This document shows, piece after piece, positions 1 through 11,500 of a stretch of DNA of 64,000 nucleotides. The notes beneath the pieces were generated by a model, which was not told where the DNA came from, made no database searches, and saw nothing but the letters and a program-made list of their open reading frames with translations. This DNA is from a virus: IMG/VR virus record IMGVR_UViG_3300020473_000017; one strand, written 5' to 3'. Both the position numbers and the translations under genes were made by a program. Numbering within the stretch: the first letter of the stretch is position 1; the number at the start of each line of letters is the position of its first letter.

Positions 1-2907
1 AGGATCTACAACACCAGTAGGACCAGCATAGTTTCCACCACCAGCCTGTATACTGACATTGTTTACAATACCTGCTTGACCTAATGTAGTTGATGCAGCA
101 CCACCACCAGTACCACCACCAGTAAGTGTAACATCAGGAGGGGCAGTATAATTACTTCCTCTAGCTGTTAGGGTAAAACTTTTTAATGCACCATCTGTTT
201 CAAGAACACATGTAGCAGTTGCTAATTGGAATGGATTAGTTGTAACTTCAATGGGTTGAAGACCACCAACATATCCTGTTCCTGCATTGGTAAGGTTAAC
301 GGTACCAAGACCGTTCTTCATTACAACAAAAGATCTTGTAGAGAAACAAGAAGCTTCAGATGAACCAAATAATGTACTGTCATTAAATCCAGTAATATTC
401 AGAGCACCTTGAGTTACGCTACCAAAAGCAACAGATTTGTTTACATCAAAGTAAACTGCCTCTTTAACGATTGTTTCAGCGTTAACAACAAAGTCTTCGT
501 TACCAGCAGGGTCAACAATTACCTGACCTGTTGTAGAAGTAAGACTGTTACCTGCAAGACGTAAATTCCCTGTCTCAATATAAGCAGGGTAAATGTTTGT
601 AGTACCAGTTCCATCACTTAATGTGATGTTTGCAGCAGACTGTGCTTGAGATGTTGCTTGGAATGATACGTTTCCAGTTGCTTGATCAACTGAAAAAGCT
701 TCACCAACACGGAAGTCACCGTCTTGGTCAGTTGATGAATAGAGTACCTTACCACCATTTAATTCTTCAACTTCATTTGCTTGAACTGCAAGTGAAGGGT
801 CATTGGTATAGTCTGCTTGAGCACCAACATATCCAAAGTTATGTGCGGTAAGAATTATCTTACAACCAGAACCATTAGCTTGAGCACCTTTAAGTCCATA
901 TACATTGGCAGAAGCAACTGAACGTAACTCACAACCAAATTGTGAATAGTCAGCAGTGATCACAGAAGTAGCAGAATCTCCTCCACTAGATCGCACATCA
1001 CTTATACCACCAGAGGTGTCTGTGAAGGTCGTAGTAGCGTCGTCACCGTTCGCATGAAGCAATAGTACCGTATTAAGATCAGAGCTATATTCACCTGTTG
1101 TAGGAGTGAATGCACCTGTGAACCTAGCAGCACCTTTACTAACTCTTACTTCATCAATATGTCCATCAAATTCTTCAACAGGAGTAGCGGCATAGTTTGC
1201 ACCAATCCTTATCGGTTTAGTAGATCCATAATCATTAGTATCTGCACCAGTACCTAATTCTACTCCATCTAAGAATAATTTTGTAGTTCCACCATTTCTT
1301 GCAACTGCAACATGATACCAAGTACCTGTAGAAAGAGTACCACCACTACGTACTGATGAGTTACCAACACCAAAGTGAAGTGTAGTGCCATCTAAGTATA
1401 ATTTAGGAGCAGTATCTGTAGCATTAGTATCTCTTAAGTCAAATATATGCTGTGTACCTGTTACACTGTTGGGTCTAATAAATGCTTCAAGACACCAGTT
1501 AGAAGTACCAAATCCAAAGTCTTCAGTTGTAGGTACATTTAGAGCATCCTCAGTACCATCAAATAAGATTGATGCACTACCAAATTTCTTTTGATTAGTA
1601 TCAATCTGTGTGTCACCAAACCTACTAGTAGTCTTTACTGGTTTGGTTGTAGTTACGAATGCACCTGTTCCCTTACCATCAATATAAACATAAGTACCAT
1701 CATTGCTGTCAAGAACACCACGAGCTACTGCTTTCTTATATGTTACGTTACCAGAAGCAATTGTTCCAGATGATGAATCTGTATAAGTGAATGTATTAGC
1801 ATCTACTACAGTTACCTGATAATAATTATCTGTGGCACCACCACTAATATGATCTGCATATATGTAATCATTAGTTGTTAAACCATGACCAGTTCTGGTC
1901 AAAGTAACTACAGCAGCAGCACGAGCATATGTTCCAGATTGGAAACTATCCTCTAACTGATATGCTACTTCAGTGGCAGAGAATGTTCCACTAACACCAC
2001 CAAGTTTTAAACGAGTTTTACCAGTACCAAACTTACCTGTTGCTCCCTGAAGACCTTGTATACCAACAGAAGCAAAATAACAGAAAGAATTTAACCACTC
2101 AACACGAATACCATTAGTACAAAGTACACCAACTTGATTTGGTGTGATGAATGTACACTCATTAAAGAGTACTGCTGCATGTTGTGATGCAGCTGCAATT
2201 TTAGAACCATCTAATTTAGCACCACGTCCAGCGTCTCCTTGTGAATATCCATAAGGATCAGAACCAGAAGTTACACTACCTTTAGTACTTACAGTAACTC
2301 TTTCTATGTAAGGACTCTTATTAGAACTAGTAGAAGCTGATAATTCAAATCCATATCCATCATCATTTCCAGAATCATATAAAAAATCTTTAATAGTTAA
2401 ATCTGATACATGTGTATCACCTTCAAGTATAAACGCAGTGTTAGACACTGTAGGTCCAGTTGGTTTAACTTGAGTAGAACGTAAATTAGTACCACGAAGA
2501 GTTATTCCATCAGGAACAGTCATTGGAAAGACTTCCTGATACTCACCTGGTGCAACTATAATTGTATCTCCCGAAGTTGCAGTTGTGAGTGCTTTTGTTA
2601 TTGTTAAGAATGGGGTGTCTGGATGCTTTCCTGCAGCACCACCATTAGCAAGAGTTGTTGTATCTGAACCTACTGTAGCGACATACCAAGTTTGCCCCTG
2701 ACCATTTGTAATGTCAGTGGATAACATCGTAGTGACAACCTCACCCGTATTGGGTTTTTGGTTAGCAACCTCTATTACATTTCCACCATTTCTGGCGTAT
2801 AATTTTCGATCTGCTATATTAAGAGCGACCTCACCGTCTTCTAAATTAGAAGTCGTCGGGACGGTCGCTGCTACTGTCGATCTCTTTAGCTTGATTCTCG
2901 TTGACAT
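1..2907 (-). CDS. Large tail fibre/virion structural protein (partial, runs off window start): N-terminal fibre motif, pectin-lyase-like beta-helix start, LamG-like domain
   Basis: Hand translation from ATG 2907: MSTRIKLKRSTVAATVPTTSNLEDGEVALNIADRKLY...; PFLTITKAL..GDTIIVAPGEY; WYHVAVARNGGTTKLFLDG...FDGHIDEVRVSKG (LamG). Absent from the ORF track because its stop lies outside the window. Confidence 0.85.
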   Translation of the reverse strand, partial: MSTRIKLKRSTVAATVPTTSNLEDGEVALNIADRKLYARNGGNVIEVANQKPNTGEVVTTMLSTDITNGQGQTWYVATVGSDTTTLANGGAAGKHPDTPFLTITKALTTATSGDTIIVAPGEYQEVFPMTVPDGITLRGTNLRSTQVKPTGPTVSNTAFILEGDTHVSDLTIKDFLYDSGNDDGYGFELSASTSSNKSPYIERVTVSTKGSVTSGSDPYGYSQGDAGRGAKLDGSKIAAASQHAAVLFNECTFITPNQVGVLCTNGIRVEWLNSFCYFASVGIQGLQGATGKFGTGKTRLKLGGVSGTFSATEVAYQLEDSFQSGTYARAAAVVTLTRTGHGLTTNDYIYADHISGGATDNYYQVTVVDANTFTYTDSSSGTIASGNVTYKKAVARGVLDSNDGTYVYIDGKGTGAFVTTTKPVKTTSRFGDTQIDTNQKKFGSASILFDGTEDALNVPTTEDFGFGTSNWCLEAFIRPNSVTGTQHIFDLRDTNATDTAPKLYLDGTTLHFGVGNSSVRSGGTLSTGTWYHVAVARNGGTTKLFLDGVELGTGADTNDYGSTKPIRIGANYAATPVEEFDGHIDEVRVSKGAARFTGAFTPTTGEYSSDLNTVLLLHANGDDATTTFTDTSGGISDVRSSGGDSATSVITADYSQFGCELRSVASANVYGLKGAQANGSGCKIILTAHNFGYVGAQADYTNDPSLAVQANEVEELNGGKVLYSSTDQDGDFRVGEAFSVDQATGNVSFQATSQAQSAANITLSDGTGTTNIYPAYIETGNLRLAGNSLTSTTGQVIVDPAGNEDFVVNAETIVKEAVYFDVNKSVAFGSVTQGALNITGFNDSTLFGSSEASCFSTRSFVVMKNGLGTVNLTNAGTGYVGGLQPIEVTTNPFQLATATCVLETDGALKSFTLTARGSNYTAPPDVTLTGGGTGGGAASTTLGQAGIVNNVSIQAGGGNYAGPTGVVDP

Positions 2908-3052
2908 CTAGAGCATTCTCAGATTGTTGGTCTTGATTTATACTATTTAACTGACTTTGCAGATCTTGTATCTGCGCTTCCAGCATCACGTTAATAAGGG
3001 TCAATTCAGAAACTTTCTTTTGTAATGTACCAATAACAATTTGTGCGTTCAT
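2846..3052 (-). CDS. Small coiled-coil hypothetical protein
   Basis: 68-aa ORF with heptad pattern between two fibre genes; overlaps the next start. Confidence 0.6.
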   Translation of the reverse strand: MNAQIVIGTLQKKVSELTLINVMLEAQIQDLQSQLNSINQDQQSENALDVNENQAKEIDSSSDRPDDF

Positions 3053-3070
3053 AATTCATAAAGATAGATT

Positions 3071-4756
3071 TTAAAATGTTCCACCATCTATGGTGTTTGT
3101 CCATACAGGTACACCACCACTAGTGACTGTTAGTACTTGATAAGATGTTGTTGCATCATTACCAGTACCAGGAGATGCCATATTAGCAGCTGCAGTTACT
3201 TGTAATGGGTTTCCAGCATCACCATAAGGTATACCATATTGTGTAAAGGTTGAAACACCAGTACCACCATATTGTACCTCAAGGTCAGTATCTAGTTCAA
3301 GATCACCAATAACAACAGTACCACGGTTACCAGTTATACCAAATACAGTACCTGTGTCAGTTGCTTCCTCAATGAAAGTCCAAGCACCAGCACCATCGCC
3401 ACCACCTGTACGGTCATAACCGAAGAAACCAAACTTATTAGTTCCTGAATTGTTGTAGTGTACTTTAACACCACGATCCATTGCATCATCAGCACCTCTA
3501 ACAGTAACTAATGTAGCACCAACAACTTGGTCAGCAGTAATTGCCGCACTTAATGTAAGTGTTTTTGTACCAACGTTGATAGAAGCAATAGTTGTGCTGT
3601 TAGGAATACCAGTACCAGTGATTGAATCACCAGCTTGTAACTGTTCTACAGCATCAACCTGAACATCAACTGTTGCGTTACCTGCAAAGGTAGCAAGAGT
3701 TTTAACTGTAACAGGTGTAGTAGGATCACCCAATTCAATGGTAGGATCGTTAACACTCATTGAAGCAGAGTTAACAGTCGTTGTAGTACCATCAATTTGA
3801 AGGTCACCTTTAATTATGACCAAACCATCAGCGTCTCCACCTGCAGGATATGGGTCAATAATCAATTCTTGTATACTATTAATAGTGGAAAGTACATTTC
3901 CATCTAATTTCAGATTGTCAATTTCAATTTGACCAGTCTGAGATGTATTACCAGTAATGTTTGTTAGACCATTAAAGGTAACTTGGTTTTGGAAGGTTGT
4001 AGTTGCATTAACTTCCAATGTATCTGTGTTTGCAGTACCAAGAACTGTGTTGTCATCAACCTTAAGGTCTTTAACCCATGCAGTTGCAGCAACACCGATA
4101 CCACCAGCAAATGTTGTACTTGCGGTTGATACGTTTGAAGCATCAGTTGTATCAGCAACGTTTAGAACAACACCTGTGGCAAAGTTCCAATCTGCACCTT
4201 CTATCTGTATTTTATCGGAGGTTGTTTCATCGTAGTAGATAGAAGCATCCTTTGTATTACCGAAGTGAAGCTTCATATCATCGGCGATACGCAAGTCGGG
4301 GGTACCTGCTACACGCTTGATGTCTACAACAGCATCAGAATCATTGAATACAAACTCTACATCTCCTGTAGTACCAAATTCTAGTTCTTGTCCATCTTCG
4401 ATGACAAGTTTACCTGTGCCATTTGCTCTGAATATAAGATCAGTATCAGTAGTGGCTGTTGTAATGACGTTAGCATCTAAGTTAATGTCATCAACATTCC
4501 AAGTATCTACCTTTGAGTTACTGTCTACAATAACAGCAGAAGCAGCAGTAAGAGTTCCATGAACATGATCCAACATGTCTGTGAAATATCTACCACCAAC
4601 TACCTGAGCAGCACCGTTGTTATCTCCAGCAAACAGTCTATCTCCAGCATTTGCTTGAGTTCCATTTGCACCTATAGTAAGTGCTATTTCACCATATGTA
4701 ATGGTGCCTGGTGCGACTGATCCAGTACTCCTTTTAATGAGTATATTTGATGCCAT
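3071..4756 (-). CDS. Tail fibre-like structural protein
   Basis: N-terminus MASNILIKRSTGSVAPGTITYGEIAL resembles that of the neighbouring fibre; G/T-rich; ends IDGGTF. Confidence 0.8.
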   Translation of the reverse strand: MASNILIKRSTGSVAPGTITYGEIALTIGANGTQANAGDRLFAGDNNGAAQVVGGRYFTDMLDHVHGTLTAASAVIVDSNSKVDTWNVDDINLDANVITTATTDTDLIFRANGTGKLVIEDGQELEFGTTGDVEFVFNDSDAVVDIKRVAGTPDLRIADDMKLHFGNTKDASIYYDETTSDKIQIEGADWNFATGVVLNVADTTDASNVSTASTTFAGGIGVAATAWVKDLKVDDNTVLGTANTDTLEVNATTTFQNQVTFNGLTNITGNTSQTGQIEIDNLKLDGNVLSTINSIQELIIDPYPAGGDADGLVIIKGDLQIDGTTTTVNSASMSVNDPTIELGDPTTPVTVKTLATFAGNATVDVQVDAVEQLQAGDSITGTGIPNSTTIASINVGTKTLTLSAAITADQVVGATLVTVRGADDAMDRGVKVHYNNSGTNKFGFFGYDRTGGGDGAGAWTFIEEATDTGTVFGITGNRGTVVIGDLELDTDLEVQYGGTGVSTFTQYGIPYGDAGNPLQVTAAANMASPGTGNDATTSYQVLTVTSGGVPVWTNTIDGGTF

Positions 4757-4977
4757 TAGAAGCTACCCCCGTTGATAGTTACGTCGTTCAAAACATTTGT
4801 AGGTACAAATTTTGTGTCAGCTGCAGAATAAACTAGCACTGCACCATTTGCTAGTCCTCCTTGAGATACGTCTGTCAGATCTACATCAGACATACCACCA
4901 ATAGTACCACCGCCACCTCCTGTGGCGACCCTGGTTACTCTTGGAACTGATTGATCTCCAAATCTGAGTCTAGCCAT
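4756..4977 (-). CDS. Small virion/fibre-associated protein
   Basis: 73 aa, SDVD...NGAVLVY motif and INGGSF end like the adjacent fibre; stop/start overlaps on both sides. Confidence 0.7.
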   Translation of the reverse strand: MARLRFGDQSVPRVTRVATGGGGGTIGGMSDVDLTDVSQGGLANGAVLVYSAADTKFVPTNVLNDVTINGGSF

Positions 4978-5315
4978 TAGACAGTTACCCCCTCAAGTAC
5001 GCTTACTGAACCTTCCAGAACTCTGGACTTAGTGCCAGAAGTTGCTGTAATAACGACATCATATACGTAACGACCTGACTTCATTGCGGCCGTTTGACCA
5101 TTTGTTAGAGATAGTTGAATTTGTCCAGCAGTAGCAGGAGACAAAATTGCTGCTGTTACTGTTGTAGAAGTACTACTTGTATAATGCTTCTTAATTTTAC
5201 ATGCTACTGTATACCCTACAAGGCTAAAAGGAGTTCCGTTATCATTCTCAACAGTAAAGTCGATAATGAAATCAGAACCTTGATATATTAGCAGGTTGGA
5301 TACAGCAGAAGCCAT
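4977..5315 (-). CDS. Virion structural protein, BppU N-terminal-like Ig fold
   Basis: YQGSDF...GQIQLSLTNGQTAAMKSGRYVYDV..RVLEG pattern. Confidence 0.7.
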   Translation of the reverse strand: MASAVSNLLIYQGSDFIIDFTVENDNGTPFSLVGYTVACKIKKHYTSSTSTTVTAAILSPATAGQIQLSLTNGQTAAMKSGRYVYDVVITATSGTKSRVLEGSVSVLEGVTV

Positions 5316-5337
5316 TCTCTAAAATAATCCTAATTAT

Positions 5338-5344
5338 TATTTAG
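5338..5344 (-). promoter_or_regulatory. T4-type late promoter variant (CTAAATA)
   Basis: tatttag on the plus strand, 23 nt upstream of the 5315 start. Confidence 0.55.
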
Positions 5345-5351
5345 CTTAAAT

Positions 5352-5570
5352 CTATTTATCTGCTTTCTGTACCAAGTTATGTACAAGATCCTTTAATTCA
5401 TCTACTTCCTTTCTTAAGTCTTTAATATCTCTATCCTTTCTTCTAGCTTCATCTCTAGCTTGTTTATATGCCAAATATCCACTATCGTCAGTATTTAATA
5501 TCGCATTAGACTGCGAATCCCTGCCGAGGTTTGTGTGACCTTCAACAGGGATTAGTTCAAGTTCATCCAT
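5352..5570 (-). CDS. Hypothetical coiled-coil protein
   Basis: 72-aa ORF directly after the VrlC-like gene. Confidence 0.7.
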   Translation of the reverse strand: MDELELIPVEGHTNLGRDSQSNAILNTDDSGYLAYKQARDEARRKDRDIKDLRKEVDELKDLVHNLVQKADK

Positions 5571-5573
5571 TAT

Positions 5574-8500
5574 TTACGCAAGAGCAATTGCTCTGAAATC
5601 TTTAACTCTAGGTATGTATGGTTGCTCGTAAGCAAGAAGACTGATCTTCACTTGGAAACCATCAAACTCAGGTGCATCATCCACAGTATACTCATAATCA
5701 GTAAACGTTGTCAAGTCGTTCTGTGGAACTAATTGACCGTTATCTGGTACACCTGTACTATTGAAGAATTGGAAGTCAAGATCATCAACATTACCTGAAT
5801 ATCCAACAGGTATCAATTTATACATCAATACAATCTTAGATTGTGTCCAAGTATTAGCAGCAAGCATAACCTTAAGTCCACTGGCACTCTTATCCATTCT
5901 TGCTGCCTTAGTAATATAGTTAGCAGCACATTCTCCACCAATACCTGACGTAGGTTCGATGTTATTAATAATCTGCGCCGATGTTAAAGTAGCGATAGCA
6001 GTTATATCGACTACTGGAGATAGATGTGTTACCTCTGTCTCAAGATCTAATTCCATAGTAAAGGACTTAACATTGCTCATCCTATTAACTTCATTAAGTT
6101 GATTAGCAATAACCTTAGTCTTAGGGAAATAGTTTTCTTCATTAATTGTTACATCCGACCATGCAATATCTTTAATGAATGAAGTCTCTAATCCAGCATT
6201 TGATCCAGCAGAATCAGGACCACATGAGGTTGCTTGAGTACCTTTAACTCTACTAATAATACTACATTGTGGTTGTGTTTGATTATTAACCAATGGAGTA
6301 ACAACATCCCATGCAACGTTTTGAGAAGCAGTCATTGATGTACCACCACCAGCCATAGTTGTTAGAGCTTTCTTACCACTAACCTGTATCTTATAACTAT
6401 GTGGACTGTTAAGTGTCAAAATAGATGTATGAGTCTTGTTAATATCCGTTAATGGAATACCATTAATATTATAACACTGTACAATTGCACCAGTAGAATG
6501 TTCTTTACCATTTGTAGATCCACTAGTACCATTATGATTTCTAGGTTGAGAAGAAATAAAGTTTATTGTGTTTCCAGAAATTCCTTTATATGCAATAATT
6601 TCATCACCACTACCATCTGCAGCTGTACCTAAGATTTTAATAAATCCAGGAACTGAATCACTTACTGCGTTACCACTTGGATTTCCAGAAGTTCCATACA
6701 TTGTAGTATGGAATAATGATGCATCATCTACTGTACAACTAGTTCCTGTCAAGGTAACTCCAGATGAAAGAGTTGTATCTGGTACTTCAGAAGCTACTCC
6801 AGTCAATTCCAAGTAATTAAGAGTTGATTGCATACCATGATTACCATGGAATACTCTAATAGTATCATCCTCTGCAGTGAATTGTAGTGCATTAGGTAAA
6901 AGACCTAAGTAACCACCATTAGATTCACCAAGTTGTGCATTCTCTAGTACAAGTTTACTATTAGCTGCTGTGGTTGGTTTTGTAAATTCTGCTCTGAAAA
7001 TCTTGAACATTAAATCTTCATATTGAGAAGGTGTCCAAGTAGATGCGTTCTGTGACTTGAATAGTACACCGATATATGGCTGTTCAGATATCTTCTCACC
7101 AGCATGGGCAGCATCAATAGCATCCTTACCTAGGATAGAGATGAATACCTTATATTGGTTAGAATCTGAAGTCAATACAATAGCATGTTCCTGTCTGAAT
7201 GGAATGTATACTGGAGATGGGAATGTAAACGTAGTAGGTTTAGATGCATCTACAGATGTAAATACGTCTACAGGTTTCTTAACTACCTTAGAGAAAGGTA
7301 CAATCTTTTGAGTTGGATTACCATTAACGACAGTTCTAACATCAAGAGATACTGGAATTTCTTCATCCTTAGTATTGAAGAATATATCAATCTTAGTTAA
7401 GAATACACCACCCTCAAGAGCAGCATCTTCAATCAAGAATGTTTGTGCTAATGGGTCACAGTGTCTAGTCTCTGTAGCACTTGTACTACTGCTACTGGTT
7501 AATGTTCTAGAATCACTCATCTCTTCTGTAGTGACCTTAGCATTTCTTACAGAAATAATATCTTCTTGAGTAGTTTGATGAATACCAGATGATGAAAATT
7601 CTGCTTCAGCATTAGAATCTGAGAACCCTATTACCTTACTATCAGTTTCATCATCAGTAATTCTGAATAGTTTAGTACCAGTCTTAAATGTAAGATTACC
7701 TGCTTTATTAGGAGTATCAATAAAGAATGAAGCACTGAAACTACCTGACTTATCACTAATTAAATCTTTATTTGATACTTTAGCAATAGCACCTGAAGTT
7801 TCTCCAATAAGATAATCATTAATCTTAGGAGATCCATAGTAACTACCCTTCGCTTGATCTGCAAGAGCATGAGTATCAATATTGATGAATCCTAAGTTAG
7901 AAGTATAATCACTAGTTCCACTAATATCTGTACCGTCTAGTGGGTTAATAGAATACTGTTCATTTGGTGCAGAAACTCTAGCTTTAAATCTAAATGCATT
8001 CTGTCCCTTCTGAGTACTTACATTCCCCTTCTTAACATAAACAGTTTCACCAATCTGGAAAGGAATACTATTTGTTTTAGCATCAGTAGTAGGATCCTTC
8101 ACAAGTCCCATTATCTTAGGTGTGATTAACTTCTTAGGTAGTGCAATACCATCAAAGAATGCATAGAACTTGGTTCTTGGTTTTAATTTTTGACAAGCAA
8201 ACTCAATGTTCCTAGAACGCATAAACTGAATATGATCAACAGATACAACCTTATCTCCAAGAGATGTACTTTCTATTACTGGAGTTATCTTATATCTAAT
8301 ACCACTTCTAGTTTGTTTAGTAGTCTTAGTAGTTGTAGTAGTAATAGTTCTTGACTGTTTCTTCTTAGCACTATGCCTCCAAGCACCAACTTTCTTACTA
8401 ATACTTGTACCAGTCCAAGTAGTCTTCCATGAGTTCCACTGAATAGGAGTAAATCCATTCTGGTCAGCATTATATTCTCTGATAGTTGTTAAGAAGTTAC

Positions 8501-11500
8501 CTTCAACAATTGTTTCTTTAACCTTACCTAATTTTGTAGTATCTACCCAATTATCCTGTTCTGGATATAGGTTAATATCACCAACATATGTGAATACGTT
8601 AAATGGGTTTACATTCTCAACACCAGATGCAAATGGTTGATCAAGTAAAACTGTATCATTATAAGGAAGTGTTACTAGGTCACCAGTTGTTCGTACATTA
8701 GTAGATGATGTTGAATAAACAAGAGGTATAGTAGTTGTAAAGTGAGAAGGTCTTAACTGTCCTTCTTCAAAGTCAAGAGATACCCTATAATCTAAATGTA
8801 AGGTATCACTGGTTGCAAAACTAGAGAAATTATCTACAACAAATCCATTCTTGAATCTGCTAAGACCACTGGTATCTCTAATCTCCATAGCAGCAGTCTC
8901 ACTTTCAAGTAATGAAAGTTGAGTATAATATTCTAAAGTCTTGATTCTATCTTCAAGGAACTGAATATCTTTAAATGTATATCGCTTATAATTTGTTTCT
9001 TTAATATCAATATCTTTCTCAACATCAAAAACATATGGTCTATATGTTAATGTTGCCAATAACATTGCATCTTCAACATTCTCTGGTTCAACTGGATTTG
9101 ATCCTGGAGCACCCTTTGCAATCTGAACAACATTATCTTTGTTCATAAAGACTTTATCAATCCTTGGAAGATAATATTGTAAACTTAAAATAGTAGTATC
9201 ACCTATTCCAGGAACTCCAATCACATTACCAGTAAAGGATCTTGATGAATAATCAAAAAATTCTGTTCCATTTAATGTCCATGGAGAAGCAACAGATCCA
9301 GAACCAGAAAGCTTCTCAACTACCTGTGGTCTAAAATCTATAGCATCCCTTAATGGTTGCTCATCGTAAGTTGGGATTATCTTATAATCAACTTCAGCAT
9401 ATGAATCTACTGTATAAGGATTGATACCAGCAGTAGTAAGGAAACGGTCAAAGATTACTAAAACTTGATGTGTAGGTGCTGCATAGTTAGGTTTTCTAAC
9501 AAGACTTGAGTAATCATAGAACTGATCTCTCATTCCATTATCTAAATCATAACTATCAGTTATATCCTTTGCACCAGTAACTATTTGCCCTGTGACAATT
9601 TTAAAAGTGGCAGAAGGGGATGTAATAGTCTCAGCATCTGTAAATTTATCGTCATCTACTGGAATAAAGTATACTTTATTGTTTGTACTGTCATATGAAA
9701 CAACTCTTGCTCTAGAACCAGAATCATCACCTGTAAGAACATCATCTACAGATATAGTACCAACTAAATTGGTAAACTGTAGGTTGGGTACCATCTCATT
9801 GAGAGTAGCAGATGAATTGTTAGATTCATATATTGCTTTAATCTTGAATACATCACTACAACCTAAAGATATCCTAGCATCATCTACTCTGTATCCATAT
9901 CCATCATTCTCAGCATTCTCTTGAGTTAATCCATTAACACCTGCAACTACACTCTTATTGAGTTTGAGGATCTTCATCCTTTCAGTAGTTTTTGCTTTTG
10001 CAGATCTATTAGATGCATAGACTGTAGCAATTACATCAATAGTTTGTCCATTAGTAAGACCAGTTACTGTGACAGTCTGTACGTTAGCTGACGAACCACT
10101 AAATCCAGGTGCTTGGAATATATCACCTTCATTAGTACCACCAGTAACAGACATAATGAAGTCATCATTATCTGCAGCATTCTTGAATACAAGTCCAGCA
10201 CCAGCATCAAATGAATGGGTTGTTCCTGATACTGAACCACTAATAGTTTTTCTAAAGTATCCAGCTGGATTAACGGTATTATCCTTATTAGTATTCTTTA
10301 CTGCATCAAACCCAAGCGGAGTAATAAGCTTATTCTTTTGTGCTTCCTTAATCTCAGCACGAGATCTAATTATAGAACTAGTAATAGATCCTGTAGCCAT
10401 TGCAGCTGCACCAGAACCACCAGCCTTAATAACATCCATTACATAGGCATCAGTAATACCAGTAACTTTAACCTTCTGTGCAACACTGTTGTTGGAGAAT
10501 TCAATGATGTCTCCTACTTTTAGTTGACTTTGGAAATTAGAAAGCTGTGCTGTAATTGTAGCAGTCTGTGTAGCACCACTACTTCCAAGGTTTGAAATAA
10601 TAGCAGCAGATCCAGGAAGTGCAACTCTTACATCTAATCGTGCATCAGCACAACCATTAGTACCATACTTATAAGATTTTACATCACGAAAATCGTAAAC
10701 TGTAGCAGCAGAAGCACTATTAGCTAATTGTCCTAGTTGAGTTCCACTATTTGCTTTGTTTAGGTCTAAATACTCATTCTGAGTAAAAGTACCTGTTACA
10801 TCAATAAGATTTCCAAAATTAGATGCAGAACCGCCATTAGCATCAACTGCTACGTATCCAGTAGCACCTGAAGTTCTACCTACAACAAAATCACCTATAT
10901 GCCAGTTTGCATTAGATTGAGTTTCTAATTTAGTATAGAATTTTGTATCTAATATATTAACTCTATAAACTGTAGTAGCAGTATTAACAGTACCTGATTC
11001 ATAAGCAGAATTAAGTACTCTAGTTCTACCAATAGGATTACCAGCAGGAGAACCTGGCGTAGTTATTATTTCATCTCTAAGTTCAATATCTTCATATATT
11101 GTAGGTAATTCAGAAGTATTAGTGAAGAAAACATAGTTACCAACATCAGTTGTAATAGACTGATTATCAGAACCTGTAAAAGTTCTTGGCTTATCAACAT
11201 CCTTATATGTTGTAGATAATCTTTCTGTTCTATATCCAGAGACATATGCAGAACCTGAAGATAATTGAACAGCAATATTAGCTTCATCTGCTGTATTGCC
11301 ATCTGCAGTAGTTACACCTGCTGCATATACACCATTATTAAAACCATCATCAAGATTCTCTCTTGCATCTATAGTAAATTTCTTAACATAATAGTCACCA
11401 GATTCTTCTTTAGTTCTAGTTGCAAGAACCTCATTAATGAATCCAAGGTCACTTCTTTCTACTTTCTTTTGAATCTTACCAGTATTAGTTCTTAAAAGTT